Shown piece after piece: positions 53,831 through 63,203 of a stretch of 64,000 nt of DNA. Numbering within the stretch: the stretch's first letter is position 1; each line of letters starts with the position of its first letter. The stretch is from contig AP039705.1 of NCBI GenBank assembly GCA_051599415.1, positions 62,001 to 126,000 on the forward strand, written 5' to 3'. A model generated the notes under the pieces. It made no database searches, was not told the DNA's origin, and saw nothing but the letters and a program-made list of their open reading frames with translations. Source of the stretch: Savitreella phatthalungensis. Lineage: Eukaryota. The translations under genes and the position numbers were made by a program.

Positions 53831-56542
53831 ATGATATCCTCTTCATCCACGTCCATACACTACGCAACATCCTCTACACCTCTACCCTCTTACGCACGTA
53901 CTTCTACATCTACAGCAACAGCCGTAGAGTCATCGACAAGTGGACAATCAGCTCAGACGGTCTTACACAGAGCGCCTACACCAGCCGCTACTGCGATACC
54001 TCTCGTCAAGGGGAATACACCAGGCCTACAACCAGAATCCTACTTGGCCCGCTTTATGACTGGTGGTGACGCGGCGCCTTCCCAAACGCCCTCCAGCAAG
54101 CGACGTCAGTCAAGCATATCTGTGCCTCCATCATCCGCTTCTGCTTCCACCTCCACCTCTGCATCCGCTGGTCAACAGTCCTCTACAACCCCAACAGTCT
54201 CACGGCAAGTCTCCTTACATCAAGCGTTCTCAAACTCCGCTAAGCGGCAGCGTACCTCGAGCGCGGGCACCCCGTCAGATACGACTGCAAAGCCCATCAT
54301 GATCGACCTCACAAAGACTCCTCAGCGTCTCCCCTCAAATCAATTCTCTACAGGCAAGACAACAGTCCGCAAACTGACCATCCGCAACCTCAGTCTAGGC
54401 ACGACCGCCGACAAAGAGCGCGAGGACAAGTACTATGCAGAAACGCTCGACAAGCTGTCAGGCGCCATGGACGCGATCTTCCAGGGCGCACCTGAGTTGC
54501 AGGGCATGCAGGAGCTGTATCGCGGTGGAGAGAATCTCGTTAGAGGCAAGCGTTCTCAGCAACTCCTAGACCTCGCATTAGCGAAGATGGAGACCGCAGC
54601 AAGGCAGCTCCTCTCGGCAGTGTTGGTCAAGATCGCGAAGGGAGATGCTGCTGCCGAAGTCATCTCGGCCGCCTGGATTTCATGGAATGCGCAGATATCA
54701 ATGCTCAGAAATGTTTTGTTCTACCTAGACCGGACGTTCCTCCTTAACGGCGCAACAGGGGGCCCACGCAAGTGCCTACCAGAGCGCGGTCACGACATGT
54801 TCCACAGCTGCGTGCTCACCAACGCAGACGTCATCTCTGCATTCCACGCCAACCTCATCGCCCTCTTCCAAGAGGACAGACTTGCCAACCGCGTGCGCGG
54901 CCCAAACGACAAAATCCTCGCAGACAGTATGGCAGCTCTCAGAGTCACAGAAACCTACCCAGCGTTCGAAGCGCTCTTCGTGGAAGAAACCCGGAAATAC
55001 TACGTCCAGTTGCAGACGACCCTGCGGGACTCGACCGATGTCAATGCCATCATGGACACAGCTTCCAGGGCTCTGCAGCAGGAGGAAGAGCGCAGCAACG
55101 CGTACTTCGTCCCGACCACCCTCACTCAGGTCATCGCCATTGTGGAAACCACACTCATCTCAGAGCTCCAAAAGGAGCTCCTGGCTGGGACGGACAAGTA
55201 TCTCGCATCGCTTGACGGCAAGTCACTCCACCACCTACGCTCCTTACTCGCCAAACAAAACCTCCTGGCGGAGTTACGCGAAGCCATCTCAGACTACATC
55301 AAGCGCAGAGGTCTGGCAATCGTGCAGGGCGACGAAGCTGTGATGGTCGAACAGCTGCTGGAGCTGAAGAGCTCGATGGATGGTGTGGTACGATCCGCAT
55401 TTGAGTCTGGGGTTGAGGAGGATGTGGTATCGAGCTGTGTGCGTGATCCGTTTGCATCGTTTGTGAACGCGCGTGGGGACGTGCCTGCTGAGATGATGGC
55501 CAAGTACATGGACGGTGTGCTGAAAACGGGCAATCGGCGGTACACAGACGCGGAACTGGAGCAGAAAATGGCAGAACTGATGGACATCTTCCGATTCATC
55601 GCGAGCAAAGACGTCTTTGAAGCATTCTACAAAAAAGACCTAGCAAAGCGTCTCCTCCTGAACAAATCAGCATCCGCAGACGCAGAGCGTTCACTTCTCC
55701 TCAAACTACGCACAGAGTGCGGCCCACAATTCACATCCAAGCTAGAGGGCATGTTCAAAGACATCGAACTGTCGCGCGGATTTGACAAGCATCTCGCATT
55801 TGCAGAAAAGTCATCGCTAGATGTCATGGTCCTCTCACAAGGCTCCTGGCCATCATACCCGGAAGTACCCGCAAGGCTACCCGAGTCCATGGCACGTGAA
55901 CTCGAGCAATTCCAGCAAGCCTACTTGAAGTCGCAATCCGGCCGGAAGCTGATGTGGCGTCACTCGCTAGGACACTGCCAGATCAAAGCGAGTTTCCCAA
56001 AGGGCGACAAGGAATTGATGGTCTCGCTCTTCCAAGGCCTCGTACTCATGTGTTTCAACGAAGGCGATGGTCGTGCTCCGCTCAGCTACGACGCTCTCCA
56101 GAAGCAGACCGGGTTGGAGGATAAGGAGTTAGAGCGGACGCTACAGTCGCTAGCGTGTGGAAAGCCAGAGACGCGCGTGCTTGTGAAGAACTCGCGCGGT
56201 AAGGAGATTGGCCACAAGGACATGTTCAAGGTGAACGAGCAATTCAGCTCGCCAAAGAAAGTGGTCAAGATCAACCAGATCCAATTGAAAGAAACAAAAG
56301 AAGAGCAAGCACAAACAAGAGACAGAATCGTCCAAGACAGATCATTCGAAATCCAAGCAGCCATCGTCAGAATCATGAAAGCAGCCAAAAAGCTAACCCA
56401 CCAGCAACTCACTGCTGACACAATCGCAGCCATCCAGGGTAGAGGTCTTCCAAACGTCCAAGACATCAAGAAAGCCATCGAGAAACTCATCGAGCGAGAG
56501 TATCTATCCCGTCACGGGAAGGAGTACCATTACGAGGCGTGA
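53831..56542 (+). CDS. CUL4: Cullin-4 (start codon uncertain; long S/T-rich N-terminus)
   Basis: QELYRGGEN, LFYLDRT, KDVFEAFYKKDLAKRLLLNKSASADAE, ECGPQFTSKLEGMFKD, RTLQSLACGK, neddylation motif AAIVRIMK. Confidence 0.93.
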   Translation: MISSSSTSIHYATSSTPLPSYARTSTSTATAVESSTSGQSAQTVLHRAPTPAATAIPLVKGNTPGLQPESYLARFMTGGDAAPSQTPSSKRRQSSISVPPSSASASTSTSASAGQQSSTTPTVSRQVSLHQAFSNSAKRQRTSSAGTPSDTTAKPIMIDLTKTPQRLPSNQFSTGKTTVRKLTIRNLSLGTTADKEREDKYYAETLDKLSGAMDAIFQGAPELQGMQELYRGGENLVRGKRSQQLLDLALAKMETAARQLLSAVLVKIAKGDAAAEVISAAWISWNAQISMLRNVLFYLDRTFLLNGATGGPRKCLPERGHDMFHSCVLTNADVISAFHANLIALFQEDRLANRVRGPNDKILADSMAALRVTETYPAFEALFVEETRKYYVQLQTTLRDSTDVNAIMDTASRALQQEEERSNAYFVPTTLTQVIAIVETTLISELQKELLAGTDKYLASLDGKSLHHLRSLLAKQNLLAELREAISDYIKRRGLAIVQGDEAVMVEQLLELKSSMDGVVRSAFESGVEEDVVSSCVRDPFASFVNARGDVPAEMMAKYMDGVLKTGNRRYTDAELEQKMAELMDIFRFIASKDVFEAFYKKDLAKRLLLNKSASADAERSLLLKLRTECGPQFTSKLEGMFKDIELSRGFDKHLAFAEKSSLDVMVLSQGSWPSYPEVPARLPESMARELEQFQQAYLKSQSGRKLMWRHSLGHCQIKASFPKGDKELMVSLFQGLVLMCFNEGDGRAPLSYDALQKQTGLEDKELERTLQSLACGKPETRVLVKNSRGKEIGHKDMFKVNEQFSSPKKVVKINQIQLKETKEEQAQTRDRIVQDRSFEIQAAIVRIMKAAKKLTHQQLTADTIAAIQGRGLPNVQDIKKAIEKLIEREYLSRHGKEYHYEA

Positions 56543-57516
56543 GCGTGAGCGCGAGCACGAGCATGTGCGTCGGCTTAAGCGAGGAAGGAAGAATTCGCTT
56601 CTACAGTTACTCACTCGCTCATTTCACATGGTGTCTCACCCTCGGCTTTACTTGCAGTCCTATAGAAGCGTTCCGCGGAGGTGGGTGACGCAGCAGTTGG
56701 GGACGAGGGGATAAGCCGACGGAGTGTGGAGAAGATGGACGTGGGACGTGGGCGTTGACAGGAATAGAAACATCACACCAGTCCGGACTCTAAAGCAAGC
56801 TTCCCCGTAGCCAACGATCGACAATGAGATTTATGATGATGATGATGACGATAAAGATGAATACCCTAACCTCAGACGTTCTTCGAAATAGCAACAACCG
56901 AGGCGTGCAAAAGGCCACGGTGTCTCACTTCAACCACTCACCTTACCTCCTCGACTCTCCCTCTCTCTATGTGTGAGTGACGTGACTCTGACATGTGTAG
57001 AGATGCGAAGATAGAGTGAGTAGAGAGAGGGGAAGGATGACAGCAGGAGGAGGAGGAGGAGGTGGATGAGAGTGGATGTGTGAGTGGCGTTGATAATCCT
57101 TGGTCAGCTTAGTTTTAATAAAATTCAATAGATTTGCAAATGGATTTTCTAATTCTTTCGAATAAATCTTGAATCTTCACCTTTTAGCTTTAAACAGATT
57201 AGAAAACATGTGGAGATACGAATCAAAGGATGCATGCATGTAGTACAAAGTGTGATCTACACTTCATCCACACTCACACAACACAACACCCATCTCTTCT
57301 ACCTCTCTGCAGCTCTCTACAGCTGCTCAGACCTCCTCTATCTACCGATCTTGTCATCGATGAACCCGAGCGCATAAGCACCTGTCAATTTCTCCGGCGC
57401 GCTTGACTCGTTTCTCTCAAGCAGACCTTTCTCGGATCTCATCATCCTCCTAGCGACTCTTACCCACCCCGCGCAGCCTCCCAAAAGAGCTAGAAGGTCT
57501 ACAGTGACAGTGAGGG

Positions 57517-57597
57517 TGACGTGCCGCTGAGAGACGTGACGTGACGTGACGTCGCTCTCGTTGGGCATCGCGCACCTCGAGCGCGCTCGCCTATAAG
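57517..57597 (+). promoter_or_regulatory. Tandem CRE-like (TGACGT) array and TATA-like box
   Basis: TGACGT at 57517, (GACGT)4 at 57533-57552, palindrome CGAGCGCGCTCG at 57578-57589, TATAAG at 57592, ATG at 57705. Confidence 0.55.
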
Positions 57598-57704
57598 AGC
57601 ATCTTCCCTCCCCCTCGGTCCATCTCTTGTCTCCAACCGTCTCTCTACACTCTCATCTTCTTCACCTCTGAAGATCCTTACGCTACAAGTACTGTGACAC
57701 GGCC

Positions 57705-59423
57705 ATGACCTACGTCGGTCTAGACAACACCTCCGATCTGTTTGACTACATGCAGAACGACTACGCCGACACCAACGGGCTTCCAACGCCAAACACCGAC
57801 GACGGTAAGCAGAACGCTCACCCTGTCACACATCCACACCCTGTCACACACTCCCAAGCTCAAGCTCATCCTCAAAATCATCCTCAGTATCAGCATCAGC
57901 ATCAGCCTGTGCCCGGATACCAAGCTCTCCATCCGCAACCTCATCTCGCAAGCACGCTCGCTGCAGAATCTCTTCTCATGCTCAACTCCCCTGCTCACAG
58001 TCCTTCCTCTTCCATGTCCACGTCAAACACCGCCTCTACAACCCGCTCGCCTTCCGATATGTCAAAGTCGACGTACTACCGCGCAAAGCGCAATCTCACC
58101 GACACTTCCGCTTCCGCTTCCAGTGCAGCGTCAAGTGCCTCTCCGGCCTTGCGCCGCACATCTCCAGGCGTCACAGCCACGGGAAAGCAAATCGGTCGTC
58201 CGCAGAAACTGGATGCGCATGCCGAGCACATCATCCGTGAAGAACTCGACCGGAACCCGGCGTGTGAGCTCAAGCAATTGCAGGCGATCGTGCTCGCCAG
58301 GTGCAACATTGACGTCTCACTCTCGTCCATCTCTCGTCGCCTCAAAGCGCTCGGTCGTTCCCCATCTCAGCTCCACAGCGCGCACGTGGCTGCGGTCGCT
58401 GCTGCGGCAGCTGCAGCTGGCCTCACTGACGTCCGTCCGCCCACGAAGAAGCAGGCAAAGGCAGCCGCAGCCGCAGCAGCCATCGTCGCTGCCACCAACA
58501 AGCGCAAGCGTCAGCTTGCAGACGCCTACCCGCCCCACCAGTACCAAGGACATCCCAGCTACGCGCACACACTCGTGCCATCTCCTGCTGTGACACTCCC
58601 AAACGCCTCTGCCCCAGTGTCTGTCACCAACCGTGCCTCTCACAGGGCAGCACAGCCGATCGTCCGGCCTTCTTCGTCGTCGACTGCGGCACGAAGACAG
58701 CGCTCACGAGCTGCCGGCAAGGCCGAGGTAATCCAAGCTGCTGCTGCTCTCGCCGCTGCCCAGCGCGCGGACCAGTCGTCCATGGCCTCGATGCCTGGGT
58801 ACGCAAATCAGCTCGGCACGCGTACGCCTGGACCTCATCCTGGGATGCCTCCAATCCGGACTTCTGACGAATTCGCTTATCTGCCAGCACTCGCTGACAT
58901 GACGACTCTCGAAGCCTTCGCTGCCGCCGCGATCAACACAGGCGGTCCGAACTCCATCGACCCAGGTCATACCTACCGGGATGCCTCTGCACCCATGGAT
59001 ACCGGCTCCTACGAGCTCTCCCCGACCTCGGTCTACTGCGACCTGCCTGCGCACGCGGACACCAATCACCAAGACACCTCCTCTTCACTCACTCACCACG
59101 ACCAGCTCTCGTTGGCGACCGTTGCAGCAGGCCTAGACGGCCTGATCTCGCTCGAAGGCGTCAGCCTAATGCCCCTCAACGGTCGACATGCACATGAACG
59201 TACGCCCTCATACGCCTCCACCGCCACCACGAACACGAACGACCTCGACGTAACTTTCCTCCACCATCACGATCCCCTCATGAACGACCATCCCCCCTCT
59301 CAACACCAACACAACAATGACAACGACTCCTCCGACGGCAATGCCAACGACCAAATCGTCCAAGCAGGTCTCGATGAAGATTACCTCTCGCCTTTCCTTG
59401 GATCCCTTCCGGACTACCCGTAG
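57705..59423 (+). CDS. Putative transcription factor with an IS630/Tc1-mariner-type HTH domain
   Basis: 572 aa, mostly low complexity (H/Q/P, poly-Ala, acidic tail). One folded region: SKSTYYR...GRPQKLDAHAEHIIREELDRNPACELKQLQAIVLARCNIDVSLSSISRRLKALG. NLS-like KRKR. Confidence 0.7.
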   Translation: MTYVGLDNTSDLFDYMQNDYADTNGLPTPNTDDGKQNAHPVTHPHPVTHSQAQAHPQNHPQYQHQHQPVPGYQALHPQPHLASTLAAESLLMLNSPAHSPSSSMSTSNTASTTRSPSDMSKSTYYRAKRNLTDTSASASSAASSASPALRRTSPGVTATGKQIGRPQKLDAHAEHIIREELDRNPACELKQLQAIVLARCNIDVSLSSISRRLKALGRSPSQLHSAHVAAVAAAAAAAGLTDVRPPTKKQAKAAAAAAAIVAATNKRKRQLADAYPPHQYQGHPSYAHTLVPSPAVTLPNASAPVSVTNRASHRAAQPIVRPSSSSTAARRQRSRAAGKAEVIQAAAALAAAQRADQSSMASMPGYANQLGTRTPGPHPGMPPIRTSDEFAYLPALADMTTLEAFAAAAINTGGPNSIDPGHTYRDASAPMDTGSYELSPTSVYCDLPAHADTNHQDTSSSLTHHDQLSLATVAAGLDGLISLEGVSLMPLNGRHAHERTPSYASTATTNTNDLDVTFLHHHDPLMNDHPPSQHQHNNDNDSSDGNANDQIVQAGLDEDYLSPFLGSLPDYP

Positions 59424-59508
59424 ATTTCCTTTCTCTAAACTTCCTCAAACCCAACAAGTACGTATGCACATGAACGATTACCATTCTCTGTCTTATCCTC
59501 TCCTCCCT

Positions 59509-61086
59509 TCATTCCACCTGGGGCGTCACACTAGGTTTGTACCGTGGCGTCCTCATCCCTTCCCTTGCTCTCGCCCACCTCTGATGTCGTGACACTCGTT
59601 CATGTACCCCTTCTGAACGCTGTGGTGACGGTGGTCTTTGTGGAACCTCTGCGACGATCTCACTTGCTCTCGCATGAGTATTGGCTTGCCAATTTCTACC
59701 CATGGTCTCTGGGTACTTGGGCCTGCCACCGACCTTTTCGGGTGTAGCAACGACGCCGGACACTAGCACATCCGTCGTCCCTGCCACCCTCACCGTCTCC
59801 GACAACCTAACCGTCGCCCGACTCCCACACCGCACAAGCCACGATCTCATCCTCCCGGGCCCCCAAACACCCTTAGACACCTTTTCCCTCACCACAGGGT
59901 GACTCATCCAATTCGCAACCACACCACTCACCAACCCACTACCCAGCGACGTACCGCTCCCGCCCACCACACCCTCCATCGTCCTGACCGGGTGGAGAAA
60001 AGTGACCTTGTCGTGTTGGTGGATGGAGAGTGTTAGGACTTGTTGAGCTGGTGCGAAGAAGGCGATACAGCGTCCGAAGTTTGTGGTATGGGTTGCGGTG
60101 TCTGTGATGTCTGATGCTGCGACGGTGATGACAGAAGGGATTGAGTTTGGAAGGTCTTCGAAGTGACATGCGTCCCTGGCGACGTCTCCTGCTGAAGTCA
60201 CGATCGGAATTCCACGACGGAGAGCTTCCTCGAACAATGCTCGCAGCGCACCGTCACCCGTAATCGACAGCGAGATGTTCATCACCAGCAGATCATCCTC
60301 CTCACCGCTAGACCACCGGTCCAGCAGCGCGTCAACAGCACGACCTACCGAATTCGTAAACCCAACACCACCCGGACGCCATACACGAACCGACAACACC
60401 CGGCAGCCCTTCGATACTCCCCACAGGTAGCTGTTGATAAGGCCTGCGACTTTGGTGCCGTGGCCGTGGGTGTCGAATGTTGAATGGTGAGGGCTGTAGG
60501 GCTGGGTGGATGTGGATGCGAAGTCTGGCTGGTTGGGTGTGGATGTGCCTGTGTACGGGTGGTGGCGTGGACGGGTGCGGTGCAGGGGCGATTTTCCCTT
60601 GACATCCGGTGGAGACGGGGTGACAAAGTCGAGTCGCGGATCACACACCGCCCTCGCGATCCCAGGGTGGTTGCAGTCCACACCGGTATCCAGCACCGCC
60701 ACCGTCACCCCACCGCCAATGTACCGGTCATCGTACCGGTATGTGAACGCCGGCGCAGATGCAAACCTCGTAGGGCCCACAGGCGTGCCGATACCGCTGC
60801 TGATCCGTTGCAGCGCCCAGGATGTCTCAGACTGATGGACAAGCTCGTTCACACCCTCCACCACACCCTCCTGCTCCATCACCAACCCACGTGTAGCAAC
60901 GAGAGAAGAGACCAGCGACAGCGGCGTCCCCGACGACAGGTGCCGCCCGCTCACAGCGTTGTATGTGTACGCGGTGTATGTGTCTAGGGAGTCTCTCAGC
61001 GCAGGGTGTGTGAGTGAGGTGAGAGAATGTGTTGCTGCCCCTGACGATAATGACCACCCGCGCTGGGGCATTGATGCAGGTAGCAT
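59509..61086 (-). CDS. Subtilase (peptidase S8, proteinase-K-like), divergent
   Basis: SWALQRIS, VAVLDTG (Asp), HGHGTKVAG (His), SGTSLG (Ser), TNFGRC. SAGD at the oxyanion position. N-terminus uncertain. Confidence 0.85.
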   Translation of the reverse strand: MLPASMPQRGWSLSSGAATHSLTSLTHPALRDSLDTYTAYTYNAVSGRHLSSGTPLSLVSSLVATRGLVMEQEGVVEGVNELVHQSETSWALQRISSGIGTPVGPTRFASAPAFTYRYDDRYIGGGVTVAVLDTGVDCNHPGIARAVCDPRLDFVTPSPPDVKGKSPLHRTRPRHHPYTGTSTPNQPDFASTSTQPYSPHHSTFDTHGHGTKVAGLINSYLWGVSKGCRVLSVRVWRPGGVGFTNSVGRAVDALLDRWSSGEEDDLLVMNISLSITGDGALRALFEEALRRGIPIVTSAGDVARDACHFEDLPNSIPSVITVAASDITDTATHTTNFGRCIAFFAPAQQVLTLSIHQHDKVTFLHPVRTMEGVVGGSGTSLGSGLVSGVVANWMSHPVVREKVSKGVWGPGRMRSWLVRCGSRATVRLSETVRVAGTTDVLVSGVVATPEKVGGRPKYPETMGRNWQANTHARASEIVAEVPQRPPSPQRSEGVHERVSRHQRWARAREGMRTPRYKPSVTPQVE

Positions 61087-61585
61087 GAGAAAGAGGGAGA
61101 GTAACGGGTCGCACCGGTACGAGCTTGCAGGAATCGTATTCTGGCGATAAAGGTGGGTTTATACGCGATCGATCCAATGATGACGTGCTCACTGGCAGAC
61201 GGTCATGAAGATACTAGGGCATGAGGGAGTCAGACGGTGCAAACTGAATTGATGCCGGCAGGTAGAGTACTATGGCTGCTCGGCCGGTTCTGGTCCTGTC
61301 GAACCGATCAGCCGTCAGATCTGGTCAGGTCAGGCGTGTCTTAATGACGAATGCAGTGCAGATGACTGAGAACGCCGACAACAGTTGGCGCACAAGTCAG
61401 ATCATCGCATTGACCGGCCGAAGCCGCTGATTGCGACAGTGACCACACAGGAGAGACTTTTCTCTGTTGCCAGATTTATGGTGTAAGCATGACAAGTGGT
61501 GTCACGCAGATCGGGATCTCAATCCGATGTGACCCGTCCTTCCTGTGTTCGGTCGTGGGCGTAGCTGATGAAGCCCAGACACGAT

Positions 61586-62890
61586 TCAGTGAGGCGCTTG
61601 CGACGAGGCAGCTGCCGGATTGTCTCGCGTCACAGAGAAGGGCGCTTGTACGATGAGATTGGATGAGCCTGCGTCAATTGAGTACCGAGGATGAATGACT
61701 GCAGGATCTGCGATATTGATGAACGCCTGTTTGAGCTGAGCCGTCGACCAGACGTGCCCTGCGAGCGTCAATCTGGCGAGCGTGAGTGCAAGTGTACCTG
61801 CGGCGACGGCTGCGGCGGCGGAGGTGCCATCGACGAGAGCGCCTAGATTATCCGGTGCATCCGGTTCACTCGACCAGAAGGTTGTCTGTAGACTCTGACC
61901 AGGAGCATAGAGATCGACGCACAGCCCATAGCTACTGCTCTCAACAAGCCTGTCAGAAGGATCCGTACCGCCAACAACGATCGTGCCCGGAATGCTCCGT
62001 GGCAGTAGATCATGGTCTCGACAGGCGTCGTACCCATAGTTGCCCGCAGACGTGACGATCGGAATGTCGTGCGAGAGAACGGCTTCGAAGGCAGTACGGA
62101 CCGCTTCATCGTCCCTTAAACGAAATGAGGCGTTTAGAATTGTCCTTCTAACCCGAGCGTGCTGAATCACCCAGAGGATAGCATCGTGGACGGACTTGCT
62201 GGTTGGCTCGCCGACGGCAGGAAAGATCTTGAGGGAGATGAGATGGCAGAATTTACATACACCAAGGGTCGAGCTTCCGATCAGTCCTGCTGTGCAGGTG
62301 CCGTGGCCATGCTTGTCCGATGAGTCTAATGCATGCTTCTCTATCTCGACAAAGTTTGTCGACGGCAGGGCCAGACATCGGCCTTCAAAGTCAATATGGC
62401 GGCAGTGAATGCCGGAGTCCATGATCAGGACATCGACTGACGATTTTGGGATGCTGCGGTCCCACCAATATGAGTAGACACGCTCCCTGACTCGTTCCGT
62501 ATCTTGCACAGGACCCGGGGTTGTGATCCGCTCGAGATTCCACGTCGCCTTGTCTTGTCTCACAAAGTCGCGCTCGAGTCCTCCCGAGAGCTGATTTGGA
62601 GAAACAGAGATACCCCGGAGAGCCGCGAGCGAGAATATCAGACTCTGCGAATTCGCATCATCGATCAGCGCAGCATTGAGGCCTTGTGCTATCCATGTCT
62701 TCCGAGGCTCACCAATGCGCAGCTGGAGACTTGGATGAAGTAGCTCAAACACCGGTTGAGTACTTCGAGAGCTCACAACCCATGAAGGCGATTGTTGCTG
62801 AAGAGCATACATGAAAATGCGCTGACAGCCTGGAAAGACATCGTATCCGTTATAAACGATCTGTTGATGGGCGAGAAGCCAGAGAGCCAC
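61586..62890 (-). CDS. Subtilase (peptidase S8, proteinase-K-like)
   Basis: TWNLERIT, LIMDSG, DFEGR, HGHGTCTAG, SAGN, SSYGLCVDLYAPG, DGTSAA. True start and any 5' intron unresolved (the ORF begins at GTG). Confidence 0.88.
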   Translation of the reverse strand: MALWLLAHQQIVYNGYDVFPGCQRIFMYALQQQSPSWVVSSRSTQPVFELLHPSLQLRIGEPRKTWIAQGLNAALIDDANSQSLIFSLAALRGISVSPNQLSGGLERDFVRQDKATWNLERITTPGPVQDTERVRERVYSYWWDRSIPKSSVDVLIMDSGIHCRHIDFEGRCLALPSTNFVEIEKHALDSSDKHGHGTCTAGLIGSSTLGVCKFCHLISLKIFPAVGEPTSKSVHDAILWVIQHARVRRTILNASFRLRDDEAVRTAFEAVLSHDIPIVTSAGNYGYDACRDHDLLPRSIPGTIVVGGTDPSDRLVESSSYGLCVDLYAPGQSLQTTFWSSEPDAPDNLGALVDGTSAAAAVAAGTLALTLARLTLAGHVWSTAQLKQAFINIADPAVIHPRYSIDAGSSNLIVQAPFSVTRDNPAAASSQAPH

Positions 62891-63203
62891 TCATTACAGT
62901 GTAGAACATGCTTCGTGCTGAGCCGCAGGTGGGCATCATTGTGGTATCCGGGAGAGCCCATCGAAAGCCCAATTTACAAATGACTCGTGTTGATTTGGTG
63001 TGCCGTGACGCAGACTAATTTCGGATGCGTGAGGATGACTGCATGATAAACACCTCTGTCAGGTGACGGGCCGCGTTGTATTATTTATACATTCATCAGC
63101 TCTAAATGAGACGCCACCCAACCAGATACAGGTCGCCACGTTCTCCTCCTGAAAAGACTGGACTTTTGTACTTTACTCTGCCTTTCGATCGGATCAAATC
63201 AGA

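Noticed and set aside
29334..56542. CAND1, TUL1, PPIL2 and CUL4 as a ubiquitin-system cluster
   Set aside because: Spread over 27 kb among unrelated genes; the functional class is large, so chance is sufficient.
56861..56873. ACCCTAACC as a telomerase RNA template or telomere seed
   Set aside because: A single 9-mer with no supporting structure; expected by chance.
57705..59423. Active Tc1/mariner or IS630 transposon
   Set aside because: No DDE domain, TIRs or target-site duplication visible; reported instead as a possible domesticated domain.
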